Of a stretch of DNA of 64,000 nucleotides, positions 39,486-49,036 are shown piece by piece. The notes under the pieces were generated by a model that was not told where the DNA came from, did no database searches, and saw only the letters and a program-made list of their open reading frames with translations. This stretch comes from Gemmatimonadota bacterium. GTDB taxonomy: Bacteria; Gemmatimonadota; Gemmatimonadetes; Longimicrobiales; Gaopeijiaceae. The translations under genes and the position numbers were made by a program. Where the stretch lies: contig JBDHHQ010000012.1 of NCBI GenBank assembly GCA_039589315.1, positions 1 through 64,000 on the forward strand. The letters run 5' to 3'. The stretch's first letter is position 1; every line of letters begins with the position of its first letter.

Positions 39486-39944
39486 GTGGCTACCAGACCC
39501 AAGGCAACGACTGAGCGTAGCGCAGGAGGCGTGGTGCTCCGCCGCATCGGCGGCGACCTCCACGTCCTTCTGATCCGAGATCCCTATCGCAACTGGGGAC
39601 TCCCGAAGGGTCACATCCTCGACGCCGAGAGGCAGAGCGAAGCGGCGCTCCGGGAAGTCCGGGAAGAGACCGGGTTGGCGGACCTGGTGCTGGGCCCGGA
39701 GCTGGGAACCATCGATTGGCACTTCCGCGCTCGGGGCCGCCTGATCCACAAGTACTGCCAATTCTTCCTCATGGGCTCCGAGCAAGGGCAGCCAGTGCCC
39801 CAGTTGACGGAAGGGATCACTGAATGCCGTTGGCTCCCCGTGGGCGAGGCGATCGACACTGTCACGTATGAGAACGCTCGCAGTGTTCTCCAGATCGCCG
39901 CGGAGCTGATTCACGACGTCGACACGCCTCCCCTCCCGCTCTAG
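39486..39944 (+). CDS. NUDIX hydrolase
   Basis: SAGGVV, WGLPKGH...AALREVREETG Nudix box. Confidence 0.9.
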   Translation: MATRPKATTERSAGGVVLRRIGGDLHVLLIRDPYRNWGLPKGHILDAERQSEAALREVREETGLADLVLGPELGTIDWHFRARGRLIHKYCQFFLMGSEQGQPVPQLTEGITECRWLPVGEAIDTVTYENARSVLQIAAELIHDVDTPPLPL

Positions 39945-40107
39945 TGTGGTGCTGCAAAAGGCGTGATGCTATTCGAGAGCCGCTGCATCCCGCCCGGCGG
40001 CGTTGCGGTTCCTCACAATAGCGCTGCTATTACTCGTCTCCGCGCCTTGCCGGCTCGGGCGCATCGGCCCCCTCGGTAGCTACCAGACTTCTTCAGCACC
40101 ACACTAG
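39941..40107. mobile_element. MITE-like non-autonomous element (167 bp)
   Basis: Terminal inverted repeats CTAGTGTGGTGCTG / CAGCACCACACTAG (14/14; 19/22 extended); CTAG at both ends; internal palindrome AATAGC-GCT-GCTATT; no listed ORF. Confidence 0.7.
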
Positions 40108-40412
40108 CCCTCCGAATCGCGGCCGATCGCGGACCCGCTCATCCGCCACATCGAGGTTTCCGACTCGATGCACCGCAGCCCACGCGCCGGGACCTGGCAG
40201 GAGCGTCAGCGAGAGCCTCCGGGGGTCAGCCGTGGGGCTCTGTGGGCCAACTCCCACCCGGTGCTTGCTCCAGCCGTCAAGCCGTTTATCCTATGGAGTC
40301 TTCTCGTCGCCGACTCAGACGAGACTCCGTCTACATCGCGTGGCTTGCCCCACCACCCGGCCCGGGTTGCCGGGCGTGGTCCAGGGCGCAGGGTCACCGC
40401 TTCCGGAATTCC

Positions 40413-41417
40413 ATGACCGACGTGCGGGACATCACGATCATCGGCGGTGGTCCCACGGGCCTGTTCGCCGCGTTCTACGCAGGTATGCGCGGCATGACCG
40501 TGCGCATCGTGGATTCGCTGCCAGAGCTGGGTGGCCAGCTCACGGCCCTATATCCGGAGAAGTACATCTACGACGTGGGCGGCTTCGCCAAGGTTCTGGC
40601 CAAGGACCTAGCCACGGAGCTCATGGAGCAGGCCCTGCAGTTCGAGCCCGACGTGTGCCTCGACGAGGAGATCCGTACCGTGTCTCGGGACGGCGAGGGC
40701 TTCGTCCTGCAGGGCCGGCAGCACACCTACGCCTCCAGGTCCCTGGTCGTGGCCGGTGGAAAGGGCGCGTTCGAGCCGCGCAAGCTGGATGTGCCCGGTT
40801 ACGACGCTCTCCTCGGCCGCGGCGTCTACTACGCAGTCAAGAACCCCGATGACTACCGGGGCAAGAGGGTCCTGGTCGTTGGCGGCGGCGATTCCGCTCT
40901 CGACTGGGCACTGATCCTCAAGGACCGCGCCGAACGACTGGTCGTGGCCCACAGGCGGGAGGGCTTCCGGGCGCACGAGAAGTCGGTCCAGGATCTCCTA
41001 CGGGCCAGGGCCGCCGGTGAGCTGGAAGTGTGGGCGTTCCACGAGGTCAGGGAGATTCGCGGCGAGGACCGGGTCACGGGGGCGCTGCTGTTCGACAATC
41101 GTACCGACGAGGACGTCGAGCTCGACCTCGACCATGTACTGACCTTTCTGGGCTTCAAGCCGGACCTGGGGCCCATCAAGAACTGGGGGCTGGAGATCCA
41201 GAAGAACCGGATCCTGGTGAATCAGCTCATGGAGACCAACATCCCCGGTATCTACGCCGCGGGGGACGTCGTCCAGCACGAAGCCAAGCTGGATCTCATC
41301 GCCACCGGCTTCGCGGAAGCGGCGGTCGCGGTGAACAACGCCGTCCACTTCGTGGACCCGGCGGCTCGGGTCAACCCGGGTCACTCCACTAGCATGAAGG
41401 TGTTCACAGGCAAGTAG
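40413..41417 (+). CDS. TrxR-type ferredoxin--NADP+ reductase (YumC-like)
   Basis: GGGPTG, GGQLTALYPEKYIYDVGGF, GGGDSALDW, HRR; no CxxC. Confidence 0.85.
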   Translation: MTDVRDITIIGGGPTGLFAAFYAGMRGMTVRIVDSLPELGGQLTALYPEKYIYDVGGFAKVLAKDLATELMEQALQFEPDVCLDEEIRTVSRDGEGFVLQGRQHTYASRSLVVAGGKGAFEPRKLDVPGYDALLGRGVYYAVKNPDDYRGKRVLVVGGGDSALDWALILKDRAERLVVAHRREGFRAHEKSVQDLLRARAAGELEVWAFHEVREIRGEDRVTGALLFDNRTDEDVELDLDHVLTFLGFKPDLGPIKNWGLEIQKNRILVNQLMETNIPGIYAAGDVVQHEAKLDLIATGFAEAAVAVNNAVHFVDPAARVNPGHSTSMKVFTGK

Positions 41418-41510
41418 CGGCACTCGGCCCCGGCGGTGGGAACCCCGAGGGGTTACATGACGGGGACGACGTGTGATACGTCTACGCCAAACCCTCCAAC
41501 CGAACGGGAC

Positions 41511-42470
41511 ATGACCAAGAAGACCGAAAACGTCGTGATCATAGGCTCCGGCCCTGCCGGCTGGACGGCAGCCATCTACGCCGCCAGAGCGAATCTCGAG
41601 CCCCTCGTGTACGAGGGTATGCCGAGCAACGTGATGATCCCCGGCGGCCAGCTCATGTATACGACCGAAGTCGAGAACTACCCGGGCTTCCCGGAGGGCA
41701 TCGACGGTCAGGAGATGATGCTGGCCATGCGCGCCCAGGCCGAGCGGTTCGGCACGCGCATCATCACGGAGGACGTTGCCGAGGTGGACTTCTCCGGGGA
41801 CCCGAAACGGCTCACGGCCAGCGACGGTGACGAGGTCCTCGCCCGGAGCGTCATCATCGCCACAGGCGCCCGGGCGAACTGGTTGGGACTGGAGAACGAG
41901 ACGAGGTTGGCGAGGAGCGGGGGTGGCGTATCGGCCTGCGCGGTCTGCGATGGTGCGCTGCCCGCGTTCCGCAACCAGCCACTGGTGGTCGTCGGCGGCG
42001 GCGACAGCGCCATGACCGAAGCCGAGCACCTCGCCAAGTACGCCAGCGACGTGATCGTCGTGCATCGTCGAGACGCGTTGCGGGCGTCGAAGATGCTGGC
42101 GGATCGGGTGCTGGCGCTCCCCAAGGTGCGGGTGGAGTGGAACAGCCAGGTAGTGGACGTCCTGGGCGAAGACTACGTGACCGGCGTGCAGCTCGAGGAC
42201 ACGCGTAGCGGAGACCGGAAGGCGGTGGACGCCGCGGGGATGTTCCTCGCAATCGGGCACACGCCGAACACCGCCTTCCTCGGAGACGCCGTCGAGCTCA
42301 GGTCCAACGGATACATCGCCGTCGATTCGGGATCCACGCGGACGAGCGTCCCGGGAGTGTTCGGGGCCGGTGACGTGATCGACGATCACTACCGCCAGGC
42401 CGTGACCGCTGCCTCCACCGGATGTATGGCAGCTCTGGACGCGGAGCAGTGGTTGGCTGAGCAAGGGTGA
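41511..42470 (+). CDS. trxB: Thioredoxin reductase
   Basis: GSGPAG, GGQL..TTEVENYPGF, CAVCDG, GGGDSA, YRQAVTAA. Confidence 0.95.
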   Translation: MTKKTENVVIIGSGPAGWTAAIYAARANLEPLVYEGMPSNVMIPGGQLMYTTEVENYPGFPEGIDGQEMMLAMRAQAERFGTRIITEDVAEVDFSGDPKRLTASDGDEVLARSVIIATGARANWLGLENETRLARSGGGVSACAVCDGALPAFRNQPLVVVGGGDSAMTEAEHLAKYASDVIVVHRRDALRASKMLADRVLALPKVRVEWNSQVVDVLGEDYVTGVQLEDTRSGDRKAVDAAGMFLAIGHTPNTAFLGDAVELRSNGYIAVDSGSTRTSVPGVFGAGDVIDDHYRQAVTAASTGCMAALDAEQWLAEQG

Positions 42471-42683
42471 ACCCCTGTTGAACTTCTGGCCGCAAATGCC
42501 GATCACGATGAAGGAGGAAATGGACGCGGGCGGTGCCGGCGGAGCCCAATCCCGGGGCACCGGAGCGGTCCGGTCCACGGGATGCGGTAACGAGAATGCG
42601 GCGGAGGCTCCCGCAGCGCACGGCTAGCGCTTGCCTACCGCCCCGGGCGTCCAGAGCGGGACGTTGGCGGAGGTCGAGGGGCC

Positions 42684-44543
42684 ATGCGCTTTCGGTACAT
42701 CGACGGCAGGGGCAAGGAGATCACGCTCGACAGCGTGGAAGCGCTGGCGGCGCGCATCGAGTTGGGTGCCGTGTCGGCGGCGACCGAGCTCTACGATGCC
42801 CGAACCGACTCCTGGGGACCCGCCGAGAGCCACGCCATATACAGTCAGGTCCTCGAGGAAGCGGCTACCCGCGACTACGGTGGCTCGGTCGTCGCACCCA
42901 CCACGTCCTTCTCCGGTCCCGACCTGGGGTCCGACTCGCCCACCGGCGCGACCGATGCCGATCAGCCATCCGCCGTCGCCGACCCGGAGCCCGAGGACGC
43001 CGGCGACGCTCCGGAAACCACCGATCCGTTCGCTCTCGACATCAAGCCGGATCTGCTGGACGCCGCACCCATGGCCATGGCAGACCTCGCCCTCGAGGCC
43101 GAGGCGGTACCCGTAGACGCGGGGCAAGCGGAGGACCCCGGCCTGGACATCGGCGGTACCCTGGAGTTGGCAGCCCCCGTCGGTTTGACGACGAACGACG
43201 CGGCCCTGGATCGCGAGCCTCCTCTCGAGGGCTTCAGCGCCCGGCCAGAGGGCTCGTGGGACGCCGACGGCGTGGCCGCCACGACCGATCACGATCTCAC
43301 GGGCGCCGACGACCCGTCCGGGGACCTGGTGATCGACCACGGGTGGGGCAGCGGGCGGTATGAGGATGACGATACGCCTGGTGATGGCGTTCCGGCGGGC
43401 GGGGCTCAGGAGGAGCGGCCGAGACCGTTCAACGCACCGACCCATCGTTTCGACGCGGACGATCCCTTCGAAAAGCCCTCCTTCGAGGCCGAAGATCCGT
43501 TCGCGGCCTCCACCTTCGCGGACGCCCCTTGGCCGGAGGTGGACGTAGCCGACGATGTCGACGACGCGGCGGCAAGCTGGACCCAGGCGCTGAGCTTCCT
43601 GTCTTCCCCGCCGGTTCAGTGGAGCTTGCTGGTCGGCTCGTTCCTGGTCATGGCGCTGTTCGGGTCGGCCGTGACCAGCGGGCTGCTGCTGCGGGGCCTA
43701 CTGACCGTAGGTGTGGTTCTGGGCCTGGGACTCGTGACGGGGCTCTTCCTGTGGAGGGACCCGGTACGGCGTTCGCTGATTCCGGCTGCGACCTTCGGCC
43801 TGGTGACGGTGCTCAGCGTCCCACTCTTCTCCATGGGCCCACGCGTCGACGCCGCAGAAGCTCCCACGCCCACGGCTCGGACGGCCGCGAGAACCAGCGT
43901 GGACGTTCCCTCGGGCCCCGTGCCCGAAGCGAATCCGGGCGAGGCCGCCATGGAAGCTCACGCGCTGGAGGAAGTCGTCGCGGGCCTGGACAGCCTCGCC
44001 ATCAGCTATGGCCTCAATCGCCGGCCCGCCGAGTGGCTCCAGGGCGTCTATCTCGCCAACGCGAGCTGGTTCCCCCAGGTCCAGGACTACTGGGAGCGCT
44101 ATCAGCGCTACGTGGATGAGATCGAGACGCAGGACGCAGAGTGGTTCCGCTCCAGCTATCAGGCGCGCCTCCGGGACACCGGCGTCGCCCCCGGCGCCGT
44201 CGAGGGCCTGGTGGAGCGAGGGATGTCGCGTTTCTACGCCTCCGCCGGTCGCCGTCAGGAGCTCTACAACACCATGCAGGAGCTCGCCGCCGGCGCCTTG
44301 GAGCTGCACACGTTGCTGCTCGAGCGGGAAGCGGACATCGACTACGAGCCCTACTCGCAGAACGGAGTCTCCGCGGATCCGGTCGTCGAGGCGGTGCCCA
44401 ACGACCCGGAGCTGGAGGACGAGATGTGGGCCATCATCGGCTCGCTGGCTCTGGCCCTCGAGCGGATCACCGACCTGGGCGAGACGTCACCAGGACACCT
44501 GCAGCAGGCCTTGGCCGACTCCATCAAAGCCAGCATCCGCTGA
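42684..44543 (+). CDS. Hypothetical membrane protein with long acidic disordered region
   Basis: Short N-terminal globular segment, Asp/Glu/Pro-rich tract, about 3 TM helices, helical C-terminal domain; GAGG RBS. Confidence 0.75.
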   Translation: MRFRYIDGRGKEITLDSVEALAARIELGAVSAATELYDARTDSWGPAESHAIYSQVLEEAATRDYGGSVVAPTTSFSGPDLGSDSPTGATDADQPSAVADPEPEDAGDAPETTDPFALDIKPDLLDAAPMAMADLALEAEAVPVDAGQAEDPGLDIGGTLELAAPVGLTTNDAALDREPPLEGFSARPEGSWDADGVAATTDHDLTGADDPSGDLVIDHGWGSGRYEDDDTPGDGVPAGGAQEERPRPFNAPTHRFDADDPFEKPSFEAEDPFAASTFADAPWPEVDVADDVDDAAASWTQALSFLSSPPVQWSLLVGSFLVMALFGSAVTSGLLLRGLLTVGVVLGLGLVTGLFLWRDPVRRSLIPAATFGLVTVLSVPLFSMGPRVDAAEAPTPTARTAARTSVDVPSGPVPEANPGEAAMEAHALEEVVAGLDSLAISYGLNRRPAEWLQGVYLANASWFPQVQDYWERYQRYVDEIETQDAEWFRSSYQARLRDTGVAPGAVEGLVERGMSRFYASAGRRQELYNTMQELAAGALELHTLLLEREADIDYEPYSQNGVSADPVVEAVPNDPELEDEMWAIIGSLALALERITDLGETSPGHLQQALADSIKASIR

Positions 44544-44813
44544 TCCGACTCACGGGGCTTGCGCCCGGCGCCGGACGATCGCCGGGGCCTCGGGTTCTGG
44601 CCTCGACGACGGACGCGCCCTGCGACGGGGTCCGTCCAGCCCCCGGTCGTCTGCCTCGATCCGTCCAGCCACCTGCCGGCTCAGCGTCCGGCCCCTGAGG
44701 TCCTCGGTCAGGGCTAGCCGACCAGCGAGGCGAGACCCGCGGTCTGGACAGAAGTGCCCCACTTCCGCAATCTGCCAGCCCCCACGAACGCGAACGGCCG
44801 AGGCGGAGTGAGC

Positions 44814-45536
44814 ATGAACGAGCTGAGTGGACGGGTAGCGTTGGTCACGGGAGGTACCAAGGGGATCGGTCGGGCCATCGCCGAAGCCCTGGTGCAGACA
44901 GGGTGCCACGTGGCGATCAGCGCCCGAACCGCGGGTGACGTCGGCCGGGCAGAGGCCGAATTGGCCGGGCTGGGCGGTGGGCAGGTGCTGGGCGTCGTCT
45001 GCGACGTGCGGAATCCGTCCGCGTGTGCCGACCTCGTGAAGACCACGGTGGAGCGCTTGGGGCGACTGGACGTCCTCGTGAACAACGCCGGGATGGGCGT
45101 CTTCAAACCGATCCAGGAGATGTCGATCGAGGAGTTCCAGAGCCAGATCGAGACCAACCTCGGCGGCGTCTTCTACTGCTCCAAGGCCGCGATTCCCCAC
45201 CTGTCGGCGGGAGAGGACGGGTGGATCATCAACATCGGCTCCCTGGCGGGCCGGAACGCGTTCGCCCGGGGCACTGCATACAACGCCAGCAAGTTCGGGC
45301 TGCGAGGATTGTCCGAGGCCATGATGCTGGATCTCCGTTACGACGGGATTCGGGTGAGCACGATCATGCCGGGCAGCGTCAACACGGCGTTCGCCGGCAC
45401 GGAGCCGGGTTCCGAGGGGGCATGGAAGCTCCAGGGCGACGACATCGCTCGGGCCGTCCTGGATCTGCTCCGGTACCCAGGCAACGCCCTGGCCAGCAAG
45501 ATCGAGATGCGCCCCAGCCAACCACCGAGGAGATAG
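44814..45536 (+). CDS. Short-chain dehydrogenase/reductase
   Basis: TGGTKGIG, NNAG, YNASK. Confidence 0.92.
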   Translation: MNELSGRVALVTGGTKGIGRAIAEALVQTGCHVAISARTAGDVGRAEAELAGLGGGQVLGVVCDVRNPSACADLVKTTVERLGRLDVLVNNAGMGVFKPIQEMSIEEFQSQIETNLGGVFYCSKAAIPHLSAGEDGWIINIGSLAGRNAFARGTAYNASKFGLRGLSEAMMLDLRYDGIRVSTIMPGSVNTAFAGTEPGSEGAWKLQGDDIARAVLDLLRYPGNALASKIEMRPSQPPRR

Positions 45537-45574
45537 CTGCTGAGGCAGTGACGGAGCCTCGGCACGCTCGGCGG

Positions 45575-45886
45575 CTACGGGGCCACTGAGGCACCACACT
45601 GGTTGTCGGGCGCCCCGGCCTCGATCCACTGCCGGATCACCCGGATCTCCCGGGGGAGCAGGCGCGGCTCCTTCTCCGGCATCTCTCCCGTCTCGACCTG
45701 CTCCAACCGGTAGCTGCCCACCGGATCGCCCGGTACCACCACGACGCCCCAGGTGGAGCCCGCCAACACGACGAATAGCAACGCGACCCCGGACAGCGCG
45801 ACCGGGAAGTGGACGGTCATGCTGTGGAGCGGATGCGTGTCCGTGAGTGCCTCGAAGAGGCGCGAGAAGAACTCCGCCACCGTCAT
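45575..45886 (-). pseudogene. Internally deleted DUF2231-type membrane / planctomycete-type cytochrome c gene
   Basis: HPLHSMTVHFPVAL N-terminus joined in frame to VVPGDP..S...MP...IRQWIEAGA C-terminus; no CxxCH. Confidence 0.55.
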
Positions 45887-45889
45887 GGC

Positions 45890-46732
45890 CTACGAGCCTT
45901 CGATCGACCTCCGGATCGCGTCGACCGTCTGCTCGACACGCCACCGCATCAGCTCCGTACCGATCTCGATCGATCTCTCCTTGGGCGCGATGTCGACGCC
46001 GTTGGTGTCGGTCAGACCGGCCTTCACACGCTGCTCGTACCGGACCACCGACGGATCGTTGACCATCATGAGTGTGGTGATCCAGTAGCTATCATGATAG
46101 CCGTCTTCCACTTCCACGATCCCGAAGGTCTTTTCCATGTGGGCGATGGTGCCGTCGTTGTCGTAGTACGCCGCGATGTGGTGGGCTCGGGCGTCGGTCC
46201 ACCGGGCATTCAGCGCAGCGGCGACGGCCTCCTGGCCGTCCTGGTTTCTACCGCTGTCGCCGATGAACACGATGTCGGTGAAGCCATGGGCCCGGAGGCT
46301 GCTGGCCACGTCGTCCAGGACGGCCTCGAAGGTCTCGTCCCGCAGGCTGATGGTGCCTGGGTACCGCATGTGTCCCGACGGCTCCTCGATGTCGCCCTCG
46401 GGCACGAGCTTGACGATGGGTGCGCACAGCGCGTTCCCCAGCTTCCGTGCGATGTCCTCGCACGCGACCTCGAGGATGTAGTTGTGTTTGCCCAGCGCCA
46501 CGTAGCGTCCGTTCTGCTCGATACCCCCCGTCGGGATGATCGCGGTCGTCTTCCCCTCGGCCAGAGCGTCCCGGATCTCCATCCAGTTCAGCTCCTCGAT
46601 CCAGACCGAGTTCAGAGCCGGGAGGGGCGTGGGCTCGGCGAGCTCGTCCTCCGTGCTAAGCTGGGTCCGGGCCGAGCCCGGTAGGGTCGCCAACAACGCC
46701 AACGAAAGGATAACGGCCCGTACTGCTCCCAT
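45890..46732 (-). CDS. Exported creatininase-family amidohydrolase
   Basis: IIPTGGIEQNG, LGKH, YPGTISL, GDSGRN, YHD; signal peptide; AGGAGG RBS. Confidence 0.85.
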   Translation of the reverse strand: MGAVRAVILSLALLATLPGSARTQLSTEDELAEPTPLPALNSVWIEELNWMEIRDALAEGKTTAIIPTGGIEQNGRYVALGKHNYILEVACEDIARKLGNALCAPIVKLVPEGDIEEPSGHMRYPGTISLRDETFEAVLDDVASSLRAHGFTDIVFIGDSGRNQDGQEAVAAALNARWTDARAHHIAAYYDNDGTIAHMEKTFGIVEVEDGYHDSYWITTLMMVNDPSVVRYEQRVKAGLTDTNGVDIAPKERSIEIGTELMRWRVEQTVDAIRRSIEGS

Positions 46733-46953
46733 GGTGATGACCTCCTGGACTCGGCTCCGGGGTTTTGCTCAGCGCGGCCGAGCTGGCGAGAGGGGCGATC
46801 CGCCCCCGTTTCGAGGAAGCCCCGCCTCGAGCTCAGTTGGGCCATCGACCGGTGAGGCACTCCCACAATCGAGTCAGGACAATGGGTTCGGCCGAGAACG
46901 GGGCGCAAGGCTCCAGCGCACCGTGTCGAATCCAGAAGAGGCTTCGCATCGCT

Positions 46954-48270
46954 TTACCGGGGCTCGCCCTCCTCGTCCTCTTCGAGCTCCCCCTCGAGGA
47001 GGCGGAACGCCTCGATCAGCTCCGGATCGTCTTCGGTCCCCAGAACCCGCCCGGCGATGTACTCCCCCAACACGGGGCCCTGCTTGAACGATTCCGCGGA
47101 GCCCCCGCCCCCCAGCCATCCGTTCTCGAAATCCGGATGAAGGTCGATGATGAAGTTCCCGCTCACGGTCCCCGTGTAATGGCACGCGCGGGTTTCGTTG
47201 ATCGGCCGTTCAGCCAGGGCGGGGAAGTACTTCGCCAGTACCTCTCTCGGCTGAGCGTGATGCTCCGGATCGATCAAGCGGATGCTGGTGTCGGGGTCCT
47301 CGCCCGTGTGGCTGCCTGTCCGGATGCGGAATCCCCGGGAATCCCTGGACAGAGCCGGCCAGCCCGTGACACCGGGGACGTTGTAGCTCGGCAGGTTCGG
47401 ATACCTGAACGACTCGTCACCCGGCGGGGTGGAGAAGTAGTAGACGTGCCCGAGGGTTCGCATGCTGAGTCTCTTGCCCATGAGCTGCGGAAAGAACTTC
47501 GGGAACCAGGGCCCCAGGGCAAAGACGAAGGCGCCGGCCGAAAGGCGCTCCCCACCCTCCAGCTCCACGTCGCCGATCGTGCGGTCGGTCACGTGCCCGA
47601 TCCTCACCCTGCCGGTTCGGATCTCCCCACCCTCGAGCTGGAAGACCCTGGCCACGGACTCGATGGCGCGGCGAGCCCGGACCACGCCGGCCGCCGGCTC
47701 GTAGAGTGCCACTGCGACGTCCGGTGTGCCGATGACCGGCCAGCGATAGCGGATGTCCTCGGGCGCGAGGACCTCGTACGGGTGCCCCATGGCGTCCCAG
47801 TTGGCCATGGTCTCCTCGAGGAACGGCTCCATCTCGGCCCTCATGATGAGGTCACCGGTCGTGTAGAACAGCGGCCGCTGAGCCTCTCGGGAGTGTTCCT
47901 CGTCCCACGCCTTCCAGCGCTCGATGGCCCGCGCAGCCCACCGTCCCCACTGGAGTCCGTGGGGGACATCCCCGTAGCTCGTGCGCACTCCCCGCGTCTC
48001 GCCGCCGGAAGACGACCGGGAGTTCCCGGGCCCATACTGGTCGATCAACGTGACCCGGGCGCCCATCCGCCGCAGGTGGAGCGCCGTCCAGGTCCCGAAG
48101 TTCCCGGCCCCGACCACGACAACGTCGGGTGCCTGCACGCTCTGCACCCCCCTGCCACCGGCCGACGCCACCTGGCGCGCAGCTGCCTGCGCCGGCTCGG
48201 TCAACGCCAGACCAGCGCCTGCAGTAGCGGCCTTGAGGAAGTCTCGGCGGTTGATTCCCACGCCCGACAC
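46954..48270 (-). CDS. Tat-exported FAD-dependent oxidoreductase (sarcosine oxidase/DAO family)
   Basis: NRRDFLK Tat motif, GAGNFG, SSSGGETR, CHYT...FIIDLHP, SFKQGP. Confidence 0.88.
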   Translation of the reverse strand: MSGVGINRRDFLKAATAGAGLALTEPAQAAARQVASAGGRGVQSVQAPDVVVVGAGNFGTWTALHLRRMGARVTLIDQYGPGNSRSSSGGETRGVRTSYGDVPHGLQWGRWAARAIERWKAWDEEHSREAQRPLFYTTGDLIMRAEMEPFLEETMANWDAMGHPYEVLAPEDIRYRWPVIGTPDVAVALYEPAAGVVRARRAIESVARVFQLEGGEIRTGRVRIGHVTDRTIGDVELEGGERLSAGAFVFALGPWFPKFFPQLMGKRLSMRTLGHVYYFSTPPGDESFRYPNLPSYNVPGVTGWPALSRDSRGFRIRTGSHTGEDPDTSIRLIDPEHHAQPREVLAKYFPALAERPINETRACHYTGTVSGNFIIDLHPDFENGWLGGGGSAESFKQGPVLGEYIAGRVLGTEDDPELIEAFRLLEGELEEDEEGEPR

Positions 48271-48275
48271 TGCCG

Positions 48276-48767
48276 TCAGTTTCCCGAAAGGGCAGTGAGG
48301 TTGTACGCGGCGAGGGCGTCCCTGTCGGTCGGCAGCTCTTCGCTCCCGGCCGGGATGCCGTTGAGGCTCAGGATGTACGCCACGACGTCGGCGTACTGGC
48401 GGGGGGACAGGCTCCCGGGCGCGTTCTCCGGCATCGTCTCCGCGATGTGCCCGAACAGGTCAGCGACCGACCGCCGTCGCCAGCTGAACTTGAACTGATC
48501 GTCCCTGAACTCCCGGCTGTAGTGGCACTCCCCACAGACGGAGCGGAAGGTCCCCCGACCGCGTTCGGCCTGCTCTTCCGAGTAGATTCCGGCGAGGGTG
48601 GCGTCCGCCACCGCTGCCGGGCTCGCGGCCCCGGCTGTCGCCGGGGCGGGGTCGGCCCCAGACGCCTGAGGTGGGGACACCTCGGCCGATTCGGGGGAGC
48701 CGGACGCGCAAGCGGCCGACAGGAGAGAGAGCGTGGTGACCAGGATTGCCGCGGTCTGCTGATTCAT
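48276..48767 (-). CDS. Cytochrome c lipoprotein
   Basis: SAAC lipobox, YSEEQAERG, CGECH, TMPENAPGSL. Confidence 0.85.
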   Translation of the reverse strand: MNQQTAAILVTTLSLLSAACASGSPESAEVSPPQASGADPAPATAGAASPAAVADATLAGIYSEEQAERGRGTFRSVCGECHYSREFRDDQFKFSWRRRSVADLFGHIAETMPENAPGSLSPRQYADVVAYILSLNGIPAGSEELPTDRDALAAYNLTALSGN

Positions 48768-49036
48768 GGAGCGGAGTGGTCTTCTCGCTGACGGTTCGGT
48801 GTACGTGCCTGACGGCGGCGGGCGGTGCGAGTCACACCGCTCCGACCGGGAGACCTACCCGGGGTCCGCGGCTCTGGCAAGCAGCCTAGGCAGGCCGCGG
48901 GCGCGTAGGCAAGGGGACGGGTGTGATGGACCACCCTCGTCTTTACGGGCTGCGCTCTCTGGAACATGTTCCGGAGCCGCTCGAGGGGCGGCCATAACCG
49001 TCACGATTTCATCTCAACGATCGACGAAACCGAGCC

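Noticed and set aside
42511..42627. 35-aa ORF after AAGGAGG downstream of trxB
   Set aside because: RBS-ATG spacing is only 2 nt and the peptide is low complexity; cannot be supported
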